Shown piece after piece: positions 30,377 through 38,884 of a stretch of DNA of 64,000 nucleotides. The DNA is from an uncultured Bacilli bacterium (lineage in GTDB: Bacteria; Bacillota_I; Bacilli_A; RF39; UBA660). Below the pieces are notes generated by a model. The model was not told where the DNA came from. It did not search any database and saw nothing but the letters and a program-made list of their open reading frames with translations. A program made the translations under genes and the position numbers. The DNA is taken from the NCBI GenBank assembly GCA_934141245.1, contig CAKPCB010000007.1, forward strand, positions 4,032-68,031, read 5' to 3'. Numbering within the stretch: position 1 is the stretch's first letter; every line of letters begins with the position of its first letter.

Positions 30377-30516
30377 TTAATCACCTTACCTTTTTACTGC
30401 ATTTCAATTATATTGAAACAAGCAAACGTTTGTCAGCATATTTTTTGTTTTTAACACAAATTTTTATTAAGCAAAAAATAATCTTGTTTTTTTCTTGCTT
30501 TGAACTTTCCTATAAG

Positions 30517-30550
30517 ATAAAAAAAGAACATTACAATTATGTAACGTTCT
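30517..30550 (-). terminator. Intrinsic terminator after the 819-aa surface protein gene
   Basis: Minus strand: AGAACGTTACA-TAAT-TGTAATGTTCT (one G-U pair) is followed by TTTTTTT. It lies 8 nt after the stop. Confidence 0.6.
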
Positions 30551-30557
30551 TTATTTA

Positions 30558-33017
30558 TCATCTAAGGCCAGCTGAAAGTAACAATATCTTCCCTTCATTT
30601 CCCGCTTTATCATAACATTTAATTAGATAAATCAATTCATCACCTGTTAAGCATTTATTTGAATAATCATTTGACCAAACGACTGTATTTAAATTTTTTA
30701 AACCAGAAAAATTTCCATTAGATAGAATAACTTCTAAACTTCTTCTGCTTCCATATTGATTACATCTATCATTTTCATCTAATTCCCAAACGATTTTACA
30801 TAAACCGATTCCAGAGCCACCCTCATTATCTTCTCTTTTTACATTAAAGTTAAAATTATGTGCACTAGCAGTAGTAGAGGCTATACACCATAAATTTTTC
30901 TTTGTTTTACTTGATAAACTCATAGTGCCACTTGAACCTTCCTCTTGGCAAGAAATTGTTTGACCATTTCCTAATGTTGGTCTTGGGGTATAAGGCGGTG
31001 TTGTATCTATTTTCATATAATTTTTTGATGACCATTCACCTTTATTTCCAGCATAATCAACGGCTCTATGACACGCAACATTTATTCCTTCGTAATGATA
31101 GTTTTCAAAAGAATATTTGCCCTCTCCTTCATTACCATCACTACCAGTACCACAAGTATAAGAGTATTCAAAATACTTTATTCCACTACCTGAATCTGAT
31201 GATTTGAATTCTCTAGTTATAGGCTGATTAGTCCATTGAGTTCCATCTGGATTATAAGTTTTACCACCTGCAGTAAATTTTACTGTGGTTTTTGTAGGAG
31301 GTGTTTTATCTAATTTCACTAACCAGGTACCAGAAGTTGCTTGAGTGCCATTTGAGAAATATGCAACCACTTTATATTCGGCATTTACATCAGTAGTTAC
31401 TGTATATGAATTTGATGTTGTTGTTGCAACCTTAACAGTACCTTTATACCACTCATACTTATTAGCAGTGGCATTTGAAACACTTGCAGTTAAAACCACA
31501 TTCTTATTAGTCCATACACCATTAGTAGTACTTCCACTAATACTTACAGTTCCTGGTATTGCCTGTGAAATAGTATGCTTAGAAGAAATAGTTGAATTTC
31601 CAGTACCAGTTGTTACTCTAACTTGATAACTACCAGCAGAAGTAGGCGTATATGAAGATGAAGTTGCACCACTTATTACATTTCCGTTTTTATACCACTG
31701 ATATTTAACACCACTAGGTATACTACTTGGATTTATTTTAGCAGTTAATTTATTTCTAATAGATGTTCCACCATTTATTGAAACAGAAGGCTTTATATTA
31801 TCAATCTTTGTTATATAAATGATATAAGCATCTGTTTTGTTACCCTTTTTATCTCTAACAACTATGCTTACATTACTATTTGAGTTGAAAGATTTTGAGT
31901 TTGATTTTTGCCATGTAGATCCACCATCAAATGAATATGCTTTACCATGTAATCCATTACTAGCTGTTGCACTAATCTTCAATGTTACTGGTCCCTTTAT
32001 CCAGTTTTGTGCATTGCCAGATACACCATTAATTAATAATTTATAATTATTACTTGGTTTAGGCTTAGTAGTAGTGCTACCACCACCAGTTGATATTTTA
32101 TTAACTTTATAAATTCCTGAAACAGTAGAATTTCCACTACCTGTTGTAACTCTTACCTTGTAGTTACCACTAGAGGTTGCTAAATATGAATTTGATGTCG
32201 CTTTTTGTATCAAGGTATCATTTCTATACCATTGATATTGATATCCACTCTCTGTTGATATAGGATCAATTACTGCAGTTAACTCTACATTTGATGAAGT
32301 TGAAACACCAGATCCAATACTTCCCTTAACACTCACTTTAGGAATTGTTTTATCAATCTTATCAATTACTTTGGTAAATGAGGCACTTACGTTATTTTTA
32401 ATATCTTTAACCTTTATTTCAACACTACCATTTTCAGTCACAACATATGTATTTGACTTTTGCCATGTAGATCCACCATCAAACGAATATGCCTCTGAAG
32501 CTAATTCATTTACAGAATCAACTTCAATTGTCAATGTTACTTTATCTTTACTATATCCCTCTGGTGTCATAACTACATTTTTAATAACTGGAGCATTCTT
32601 GTCTTGTTTACAAATATTTAATTTATATTCACGTTTATTTCCTGCTTGTGAAACAACCTTAATTGTATGTGGAACGCACTCTTCAGTTAAATAAATTCTC
32701 TTGTTACATCCTTCTGTATTAGCTTTTGAACTTTCTGTTTTACAACTTACTGTAGTAAATTCACCATCAACAGTTGCAAAATATTCAAAAACAGATTTAC
32801 TAAAATTTGGTGATAGACTACCACCACTAATAGTTATAGATTGCAAAAAATTATTATCACTTTTCTTATTAACCTTAGAGCAAGCAAAAAATGAAATAAA
32901 TATAATAAAAACCAAAGCTACAATTCCCAATATAATTAAAAGTAATTTTGGTCTTCTATCCTCACCATCAGTATATAAGTTATCATATAATTCATCTTTT
33001 TCAACAGTATTTGACAT
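30558..33017 (-). CDS. Large N-terminally anchored surface protein with a cadherin-like beta-sandwich domain and repeated Ig-like modules
   Basis: It has an N-terminal TM helix and a cadherin-like domain (NFLQSITISGGSLSPNFSKSVFEY...). Internal repeats include AYSFDGGSTWQKSN (twice) and SY..TS.G.Y.VRVTTG.GNST.S (twice, plus one degenerate copy). Confidence 0.75.
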   Translation of the reverse strand: MSNTVEKDELYDNLYTDGEDRRPKLLLIILGIVALVFIIFISFFACSKVNKKSDNNFLQSITISGGSLSPNFSKSVFEYFATVDGEFTTVSCKTESSKANTEGCNKRIYLTEECVPHTIKVVSQAGNKREYKLNICKQDKNAPVIKNVVMTPEGYSKDKVTLTIEVDSVNELASEAYSFDGGSTWQKSNTYVVTENGSVEIKVKDIKNNVSASFTKVIDKIDKTIPKVSVKGSIGSGVSTSSNVELTAVIDPISTESGYQYQWYRNDTLIQKATSNSYLATSSGNYKVRVTTGSGNSTVSGIYKVNKISTGGGSTTTKPKPSNNYKLLINGVSGNAQNWIKGPVTLKISATASNGLHGKAYSFDGGSTWQKSNSKSFNSNSNVSIVVRDKKGNKTDAYIIYITKIDNIKPSVSINGGTSIRNKLTAKINPSSIPSGVKYQWYKNGNVISGATSSSYTPTSAGSYQVRVTTGTGNSTISSKHTISQAIPGTVSISGSTTNGVWTNKNVVLTASVSNATANKYEWYKGTVKVATTTSNSYTVTTDVNAEYKVVAYFSNGTQATSGTWLVKLDKTPPTKTTVKFTAGGKTYNPDGTQWTNQPITREFKSSDSGSGIKYFEYSYTCGTGSDGNEGEGKYSFENYHYEGINVACHRAVDYAGNKGEWSSKNYMKIDTTPPYTPRPTLGNGQTISCQEEGSSGTMSLSSKTKKNLWCIASTTASAHNFNFNVKREDNEGGSGIGLCKIVWELDENDRCNQYGSRRSLEVILSNGNFSGLKNLNTVVWSNDYSNKCLTGDELIYLIKCYDKAGNEGKILLLSAGLR
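31480..32600 (-). repeat. Intragenic tandem duplication, period 552 bp (184 codons); bounds approximate
   Basis: GCCATGTAGATCCACCATCAAA(T/C)GAATATGC occurs at 31910 and at 32462, an offset of 552. The repeated peptide blocks are listed above. Confidence 0.6.
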
Positions 33018-33134
33018 AACATCACTAACCTTTATTATAAATATAATATAATTATATCAGCTTTTAAACAAAAACAAAAGAGAAAATAAAAATTCTCTCT
33101 TCAACTTTTTTACTAAAGATTGATTTAAACTATA

Positions 33135-33488
33135 TTATTTAAATCCACAGCAAGATCCACATTGAACGTTTGAAACAGTATCTTGACTGCAGCAACTATA
33201 ACTAGGACTGTATGTATGACGATATACATGATTATTAATTATTCTTGTTCTAATTGGACAAACATGTGGTACTTCATGCATAATAGTTCTTTGAACTACT
33301 CTTTCTTGTACTGGTTCAATAATTGGTGAAGTAGTACCTCCAACCATTGGTGCACCCATACCTTGATTCATAGGCATGTTCCCTACATTACCTATATTAA
33401 CGTCAACGTCCATATTAACATCATTGTAACCCATAAAGTTAGTATTTACATCATCTTGCCTATCACAACAACTTTGTTCTCTAAACAT
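33135..33488 (-). CDS. Cys/His-rich small protein, CotD-like spore coat protein candidate
   Basis: RBS is AGGAGGA. The ends are Cys-rich (QSCCDRQ ... YSCCSQDTVSNVQCGSCCGFK). The central segment PVQERVVQRTIMHEVPHVCPIRTRIINNHVYRHTY resembles the CotD repeat pattern. Confidence 0.5.
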   Translation of the reverse strand: MFREQSCCDRQDDVNTNFMGYNDVNMDVDVNIGNVGNMPMNQGMGAPMVGGTTSPIIEPVQERVVQRTIMHEVPHVCPIRTRIINNHVYRHTYSPSYSCCSQDTVSNVQCGSCCGFK

Positions 33489-33567
33489 TTTAAATCCTCC
33501 TATCTAGTCTATAATATTCTACTAATGAAAATATTTATATTAGAAAGGCCTAAATAACTAAAATATT

Positions 33568-34875
33568 TTAGAAAGGAAGTTTCATATTTCCGGAAGAAAA
33601 TTGTTTCATCATTTTTTTCATCTGATCAAATTGCGTTAAAAGTCTATTTACTTCCTGAACAGATAAACCACATCCTTTAGCTATTCTTGTTTTTCTACTA
33701 GCTTTAATTATATCTGGATTTCTTCTTTCCTCTTGTGTCATAGAAAGGATTATTGCTTCTATATGTGCCATTTGTTTTGGATCGATATTTACATTATTTA
33801 ATCCAAGTTTACTAGCACCAGGTATCAATTTAATCAAATTCTCAAGTGGTCCCAATTTCTTTATTTGTTTCATTTGAGAAAGAAAATCTTCTAAATCAAA
33901 CTTACCATTTTTCATCCTTTTTGCTGCTTTTTCCGCTTCTTTCTCATCAATTACTTCTGTTGCTTTTTCAACTAAAGATACAATGTCTCCCATTCCAAGA
34001 ATTCTTCCTGCCATGCGTTTTGGATCAAATGTATCAAGTCCATCAAGTTTTTCACCTGTACCAATAAATTTTATTGGAACATTTGTTAAATGTCTAACAG
34101 ATAAAGCTACACCACCTCTAGTATCACCATCAAGTTTACTCAATATAACACCAGTCAAAGGCAATTTATCATTAAATCCAGTTATAACATTGATTGCATC
34201 TTGTCCCATCATTGCATCAATTACTAGTAATATTTCTTGTGGATTCACTTCTGTTCTTATATTTTCTAATTCATTCATTAATTCTTCATCAACATGAAGT
34301 CGTCCAGCTGTATCTATTAATACGTAATCATAGTTATTTTCTTTTGCATATTTTATAGCATTTTTAGATATTAAAACAGGATCATTTTTTCCTTCTTCAT
34401 AAACCTCAATATTTAACTGTTTACCAATTTGTTTTAATTGATCAATTGCAGCTGGTCTATAAACATCACAAGCAACCAAAAGTGGCTTTTTAGAGTGCTT
34501 CTTTCTTAAAAAATTAGAAAGTTTACCAATTGTCGTTGTTTTACCACTTCCCTGCAAACCAACCAACATAAGTATAGCAGGATTACCATTTAAATTAAGT
34601 GGCTTTTCTTCACCACCCAATAATTCTGTAAGTTCATCGTTTACTATTTTTACAAACAAGTCACCTGGTTTTATACTCTTCTTTACTTCTTCACCCAATG
34701 CCTTTTCTTTTACAGAATTAGTAAATTCCTTTACAACTTTGTAGTTTACATCAGCTTCTAATAATGCAAGACGAATTTCTCTTAGCATTTCGCTTATATT
34801 ATCTTCTGTTATCTTTCCATATCCTTTTATTTTTGACATTACATTCTGTAATCTATCACCTAAGTTTTCAAACAT
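33568..34875 (-). CDS. ffh: Signal recognition particle protein Ffh
   Basis: The protein starts MFENLGDRLQNV. Motifs GLQGSGKTTT, DTAGR and the Met-rich M domain are present. I moved the start to ATG 34875. Confidence 0.95.
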   Translation of the reverse strand: MFENLGDRLQNVMSKIKGYGKITEDNISEMLREIRLALLEADVNYKVVKEFTNSVKEKALGEEVKKSIKPGDLFVKIVNDELTELLGGEEKPLNLNGNPAILMLVGLQGSGKTTTIGKLSNFLRKKHSKKPLLVACDVYRPAAIDQLKQIGKQLNIEVYEEGKNDPVLISKNAIKYAKENNYDYVLIDTAGRLHVDEELMNELENIRTEVNPQEILLVIDAMMGQDAINVITGFNDKLPLTGVILSKLDGDTRGGVALSVRHLTNVPIKFIGTGEKLDGLDTFDPKRMAGRILGMGDIVSLVEKATEVIDEKEAEKAAKRMKNGKFDLEDFLSQMKQIKKLGPLENLIKLIPGASKLGLNNVNIDPKQMAHIEAIILSMTQEERRNPDIIKASRKTRIAKGCGLSVQEVNRLLTQFDQMKKMMKQFSSGNMKLPF

Positions 34876-34940
34876 ATCTATCACCAAACACTATTATACA
34901 ATTAAAAAAAAGGTATTTCTACCTTTAATTTTAATATTTG

Positions 34941-35603
34941 CTATTTTTTAGATTTTAAAGAAAGTATAACCACTGTAATTAGTAATATAAAGTTAGCACC
35001 TAAAGATATATATAAAGGCATATTATCTTGTGCTGGACAATTACTGATTTGATTTACACATTTATCATCTTGGTCTGTTGTTTTATCAACAACGTTCTTT
35101 ACAATGTTAATGCTTCTTATTTTACTATTTTTTTCAATTGAACCTAGGTAAAATTCACTACAATCACCAGTAGTATTTTTTGAGCAATCAGTTCTTTCAT
35201 ATTGACTATATAAAGTTATATCAGTATTAACATCTTCATTTGAAGCAATTACAGTAAATTCAATATTAATAGTTCCCTTTAAAGTATTATTAGCTTTAGC
35301 AGTATATTTAAGTACTACTTCATCGTTATCATTTTTATTGGTCACTGACATATTATCACTTGAAGTTATATTAACTATACTTAAATACTTTTTATCATAT
35401 TTTAGATATACAGTTTGTGAGTTAGATTCACTAGTAGAAATCGGGAATCCTGAATCAATATTTATTTTATAATGAACTGTATCACTATTCTTTACTGAAG
35501 TATTTGATAACTCAGTAGTATAACTTAATCCCTTATCAGCATAAACTGGTACAACAATTAAAGCAAAGCATAACAAAAGCAAAACAAATCTTAATTTTCT
35601 CAT
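34941..35603 (-). CDS. Small secreted cohesin-like protein with a C-terminal membrane anchor (paralog 3)
   Basis: There is a signal peptide (VPVYA), a cohesin-like pattern (SDTVHYKINID...VYLKYDKKYLSIVNI), a Cys-containing stalk and a C-terminal TM helix plus KSKK. Confidence 0.55.
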   Translation of the reverse strand: MRKLRFVLLLLCFALIVVPVYADKGLSYTTELSNTSVKNSDTVHYKINIDSGFPISTSESNSQTVYLKYDKKYLSIVNITSSDNMSVTNKNDNDEVVLKYTAKANNTLKGTINIEFTVIASNEDVNTDITLYSQYERTDCSKNTTGDCSEFYLGSIEKNSKIRSINIVKNVVDKTTDQDDKCVNQISNCPAQDNMPLYISLGANFILLITVVILSLKSKK

Positions 35604-35628
35604 ATTTTCTCCTCCTTATTCTATAGTA

Positions 35629-35657
35629 ATAATATAAAATATAGCAAGTTTTGTCAA
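35629..35657 (-). promoter_or_regulatory. Candidate sigma-A promoter of the cohesin-like gene (TTGACA, 17-nt spacer, TATTAT)
   Basis: Minus strand: TTGACA at 35652-35657, a 17-nt spacer, and TATTAT at 35629-35634. Confidence 0.5.
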
Positions 35658-35675
35658 TCTATATCGCACTTTAAA

Positions 35676-37427
35676 TTAGTTACCCCAACTTTTTGTAACA
35701 TTACAATTTTCACCATTTATCATAGGACTAGGTTTTTCAAATTTTATCATAAGTGGAACCTTAAATGCAGAACCAAATCCTAAAGCGATTCCTGATTGTA
35801 ATGATTTTTGCTTATCAATTGTATCTGAACTTACATTAGGAATCATTTGCTTTAGATATTCAACATCTTTCGGATGGTTTGTCTTAAATATAATAAAATT
35901 TGAAACCTGTGATACAACAGTATCAGATAACTCAACAGGTCGTTGTGAAATAAGTCCAAGTAAAACACCGTATTTTCTACCTTCTTTGGCTACTCTTTCA
36001 AAAATATTATATCCTAATAAATAATTATCATTATCATGTTTTATATACCTATGTGCTTCATCTACCAAAATATGAAATGGTAGACTAGCTCTGTTTGGAA
36101 GTGTTTTTGCAAATTCAAATACTATTTTAGTAAATATTTTTGTAATAACACTTGCCATAGAGTCATCTATATCATCAAGATTTATATTTACAAGTTGATA
36201 TCTTTTATTGTTGTTTATAAGAATACCTGTCAAATATTCCTCCGGTGTTATATATTCAGGAGAATCAAATATATCATGGTATTTACCTGTTATAAGTGAA
36301 TGCAATCTAACTTTTATCATTGCAGAATCACTATAGCTATTTTCATTTTGATACCATCCCTCAGAAATAAGTACAAAGTTCAATGCCTTTTCCATATCGG
36401 CCAAAGTATATCTAACATTATTTTTTGGTTCATAATTATCATATTCATCGTTTATAAAACCACTTATATACTCAGTAACTAAAATGCTTTCAGAAAATTC
36501 CCCAGATTTATTTATCAAAAAGCAGTCCCTAAACTTTCTTGTATAACCCGCACCTTGAACTTCAGTATCTAATTTAAATTGTTCTGTTCCACACATTTCA
36601 ACAATATTAAATATACTATTTCTTTTATTTGCGGCTGTATTATTACTATATAAAATAGAAATCATGGCTTTTGCAATCAAATGATTTTTAATATTATTAG
36701 ATTCTGCACCGTTTTGAGCAAAAATCTTTGTTAATTTGATCATTTGCTCTATTATAGGTATTTGTGAATGTGCATTACACATTAATAAAAGTGCTATATC
36801 ATTTGTATCCATTAACCATAACGGAATCTTTAACTGTTCACCATATCCACTAAACTTATTAGTAGTAAAAACTCTATAATTGTAATTAGGATTTATTGAA
36901 TTTAAATTTTGAAATGCGGTAGAATATTCCCCAGAAATATCAAATAATATAAAATTTGCTTTATATGGATAAGCAGTTGAATTCTGAAATATATTTTGAA
37001 TAATTCTGGCAAGTCCACAAGACTTTCCACTTCCACTATTACCAAAGATTGCAAAATGATGTCCTAAAAATTGATTTATATCAACATATACTTTGGAATT
37101 TTGATAATGTGGATTCTCACCCAAATATAGGGAATCTTTTTTATTAATTCCTAAAACAAGTGGTAACTCTTCAAACTTTAAAGTTCTAATCTTTGCATCT
37201 AATAAAGGTTTTCGAATAACACCGTTAGTAAGCTGTCCATTCACAACCTCACCTAACATTTTAATCTTCAATTGTCTGTTATTTAATTCTTCAATTTCCC
37301 CAATAATGGCCTTCTCAGTATCGATAATTGCAACATGCATATTAAGAATATTAGATTTCAAGTCTACAGTATCACCTAAATTTACAAATATATATGAATC
37401 ATTCATATAAGCAATTTTATCAAACAT
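35676..37427 (-). CDS. HerA/FtsK-superfamily (DUF87-type) P-loop ATPase
   Basis: Walker A is FGNSGSGKS and Walker B is FHILVDEAHRY. The segment GVLLGLISQRP and an N-terminal barrel-like region of about 110 aa are also present. It starts 17 nt after the ylxM stop, with RBS AAGGGG. Confidence 0.8.
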   Translation of the reverse strand: MFDKIAYMNDSYIFVNLGDTVDLKSNILNMHVAIIDTEKAIIGEIEELNNRQLKIKMLGEVVNGQLTNGVIRKPLLDAKIRTLKFEELPLVLGINKKDSLYLGENPHYQNSKVYVDINQFLGHHFAIFGNSGSGKSCGLARIIQNIFQNSTAYPYKANFILFDISGEYSTAFQNLNSINPNYNYRVFTTNKFSGYGEQLKIPLWLMDTNDIALLLMCNAHSQIPIIEQMIKLTKIFAQNGAESNNIKNHLIAKAMISILYSNNTAANKRNSIFNIVEMCGTEQFKLDTEVQGAGYTRKFRDCFLINKSGEFSESILVTEYISGFINDEYDNYEPKNNVRYTLADMEKALNFVLISEGWYQNENSYSDSAMIKVRLHSLITGKYHDIFDSPEYITPEEYLTGILINNNKRYQLVNINLDDIDDSMASVITKIFTKIVFEFAKTLPNRASLPFHILVDEAHRYIKHDNDNYLLGYNIFERVAKEGRKYGVLLGLISQRPVELSDTVVSQVSNFIIFKTNHPKDVEYLKQMIPNVSSDTIDKQKSLQSGIALGFGSAFKVPLMIKFEKPSPMINGENCNVTKSWGN

Positions 37428-37444
37428 AGCATACCCCTTTTCCT

Positions 37445-37738
37445 TTATAATAAATCACTTATTTTTTCAAGTGTTTCATTATCAACTTTATTCTCTAAAA
37501 TTTTCGTAATCCTTTTTTTCTTTTCAAAAAGCTTTAGTATACTTTCTAGCTCTTCTAATTTTAATTCAACTATCTTAAGTTGATTATGTACAGCATTCCT
37601 ACTTATTTTGTTGTTCTCAGCAATTTCAGATAAAGTTAAATTATCATAGTAATACTCTTCAAAATATTTCTGTTGCTTTTCAGTGAATAATCCTTTATAA
37701 AAATCATACAAATCATTTAAATATATTCTTCTATCCAT
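37445..37738 (-). CDS. ylxM: YlxM/UPF0122 small HTH protein of the SRP operon
   Basis: The 97-aa protein contains LFTEKQQKYFEEYYYDNLTLSEIAENNKISRNAVHNQLK. It lies directly downstream of ftsY. Confidence 0.85.
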   Translation of the reverse strand: MDRRIYLNDLYDFYKGLFTEKQQKYFEEYYYDNLTLSEIAENNKISRNAVHNQLKIVELKLEELESILKLFEKKKRITKILENKVDNETLEKISDLL

Positions 37739-37739
37739 A

Positions 37740-38783
37740 TTACATCATATCCTTAAATAATCCATATATATATTTTTCAATATCAAAGCTCTGTAAATCT
37801 TCTTTTGTCTCACCCAGCCCAATAAACTTCACCGGAATTCCTACTTTTTCTTTAATTGCAAGTACTATTCCACCCTTTGCAGTTCCATCCATTTTTGTTA
37901 AAACAATACCTGTAATATTGGTTATTTTTTTAAAAGAAGTAGCTTGATTAATACCATTTTGACCAGTTGTTGCATCTATAACTAATAGGGTTTCATGTGG
38001 TGCATTTGGTATTATTTTACCTATAACTCTGTTAATTTTATCAAGTTCTTGCATTAAGTTAGTTTTATTTTGCAGTCTACCCGCAGTATCAATTAAAACA
38101 ATATCACTTTTCTCTTTTAAGGCAGCTTTCAACCCATCATATATAACACTTGATGGATCGACACTTTCTGATTTACCAGTAAAAGAAACTCCAACTTTTG
38201 TAGCCCATTCTTCAAGTTGTTTTGTAGCACCGGCCCTAAACGTATCACCGGCTATTAACATAACTTTTTTTCCATCAGATTTAAACTTATCCGCAAGCTT
38301 TGCTATTGTAGTGGTTTTCCCAACACCATTAACACCTACAAATAATATTACTGTTGGGTCACTATCAGAAAAATTTATTTTGTTAGATATTATATCATCA
38401 TTAACATATATTATAAAAAGTTCATCTACAATTATTTCTTTTAAATATTCTGGATCCTGAATTTTTTCTTTTCTTACTCTTTCTCTCAACCTATCAATAA
38501 AATTTATTACTGTGTCCACACCAACATCAGCATTAATCAATATTTCCTCTAATTCTTCAAAGTATTCCTCAGTAATCTTATTATACTTTCTTGTAAGATT
38601 TATAAGTTTAGAAGTAAAATTTTCTCTAGATTTTACCAATCCTTGCTCATAGATTTTTACACTTTCTACATTTTTTTCATTATTTTTTTTATCATTTAGT
38701 TCCTTTTTTTGATTTTCAGATACATTTTCATTACTTTTATTGTCAGAAAAAATATTTTTAATTCTATTAAATAATCCCATCAT
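37740..38783 (-). CDS. ftsY: Signal recognition particle receptor FtsY
   Basis: Motifs present: GVNGVGKTTTIAKLA, DTAGR and TKMDGTAKGG. Confidence 0.95.
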   Translation of the reverse strand: MMGLFNRIKNIFSDNKSNENVSENQKKELNDKKNNEKNVESVKIYEQGLVKSRENFTSKLINLTRKYNKITEEYFEELEEILINADVGVDTVINFIDRLRERVRKEKIQDPEYLKEIIVDELFIIYVNDDIISNKINFSDSDPTVILFVGVNGVGKTTTIAKLADKFKSDGKKVMLIAGDTFRAGATKQLEEWATKVGVSFTGKSESVDPSSVIYDGLKAALKEKSDIVLIDTAGRLQNKTNLMQELDKINRVIGKIIPNAPHETLLVIDATTGQNGINQATSFKKITNITGIVLTKMDGTAKGGIVLAIKEKVGIPVKFIGLGETKEDLQSFDIEKYIYGLFKDMM

Positions 38784-38884
38784 ATCACCTTCTTGATATC
38801 ACCTAAAATATACAATACAAGCATTTCTGTGTCAATTGTTATTTAATATATTATAGGTACTATTAAATAGCAAAAAAGATATAA

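Noticed and set aside
30430-30615. 61-aa plus-strand ORF in the spacer upstream of the tnpB remnant.
   Set aside because: It runs through the minus-strand terminator hairpin and into the antisense of the surface-protein gene. It has no RBS.
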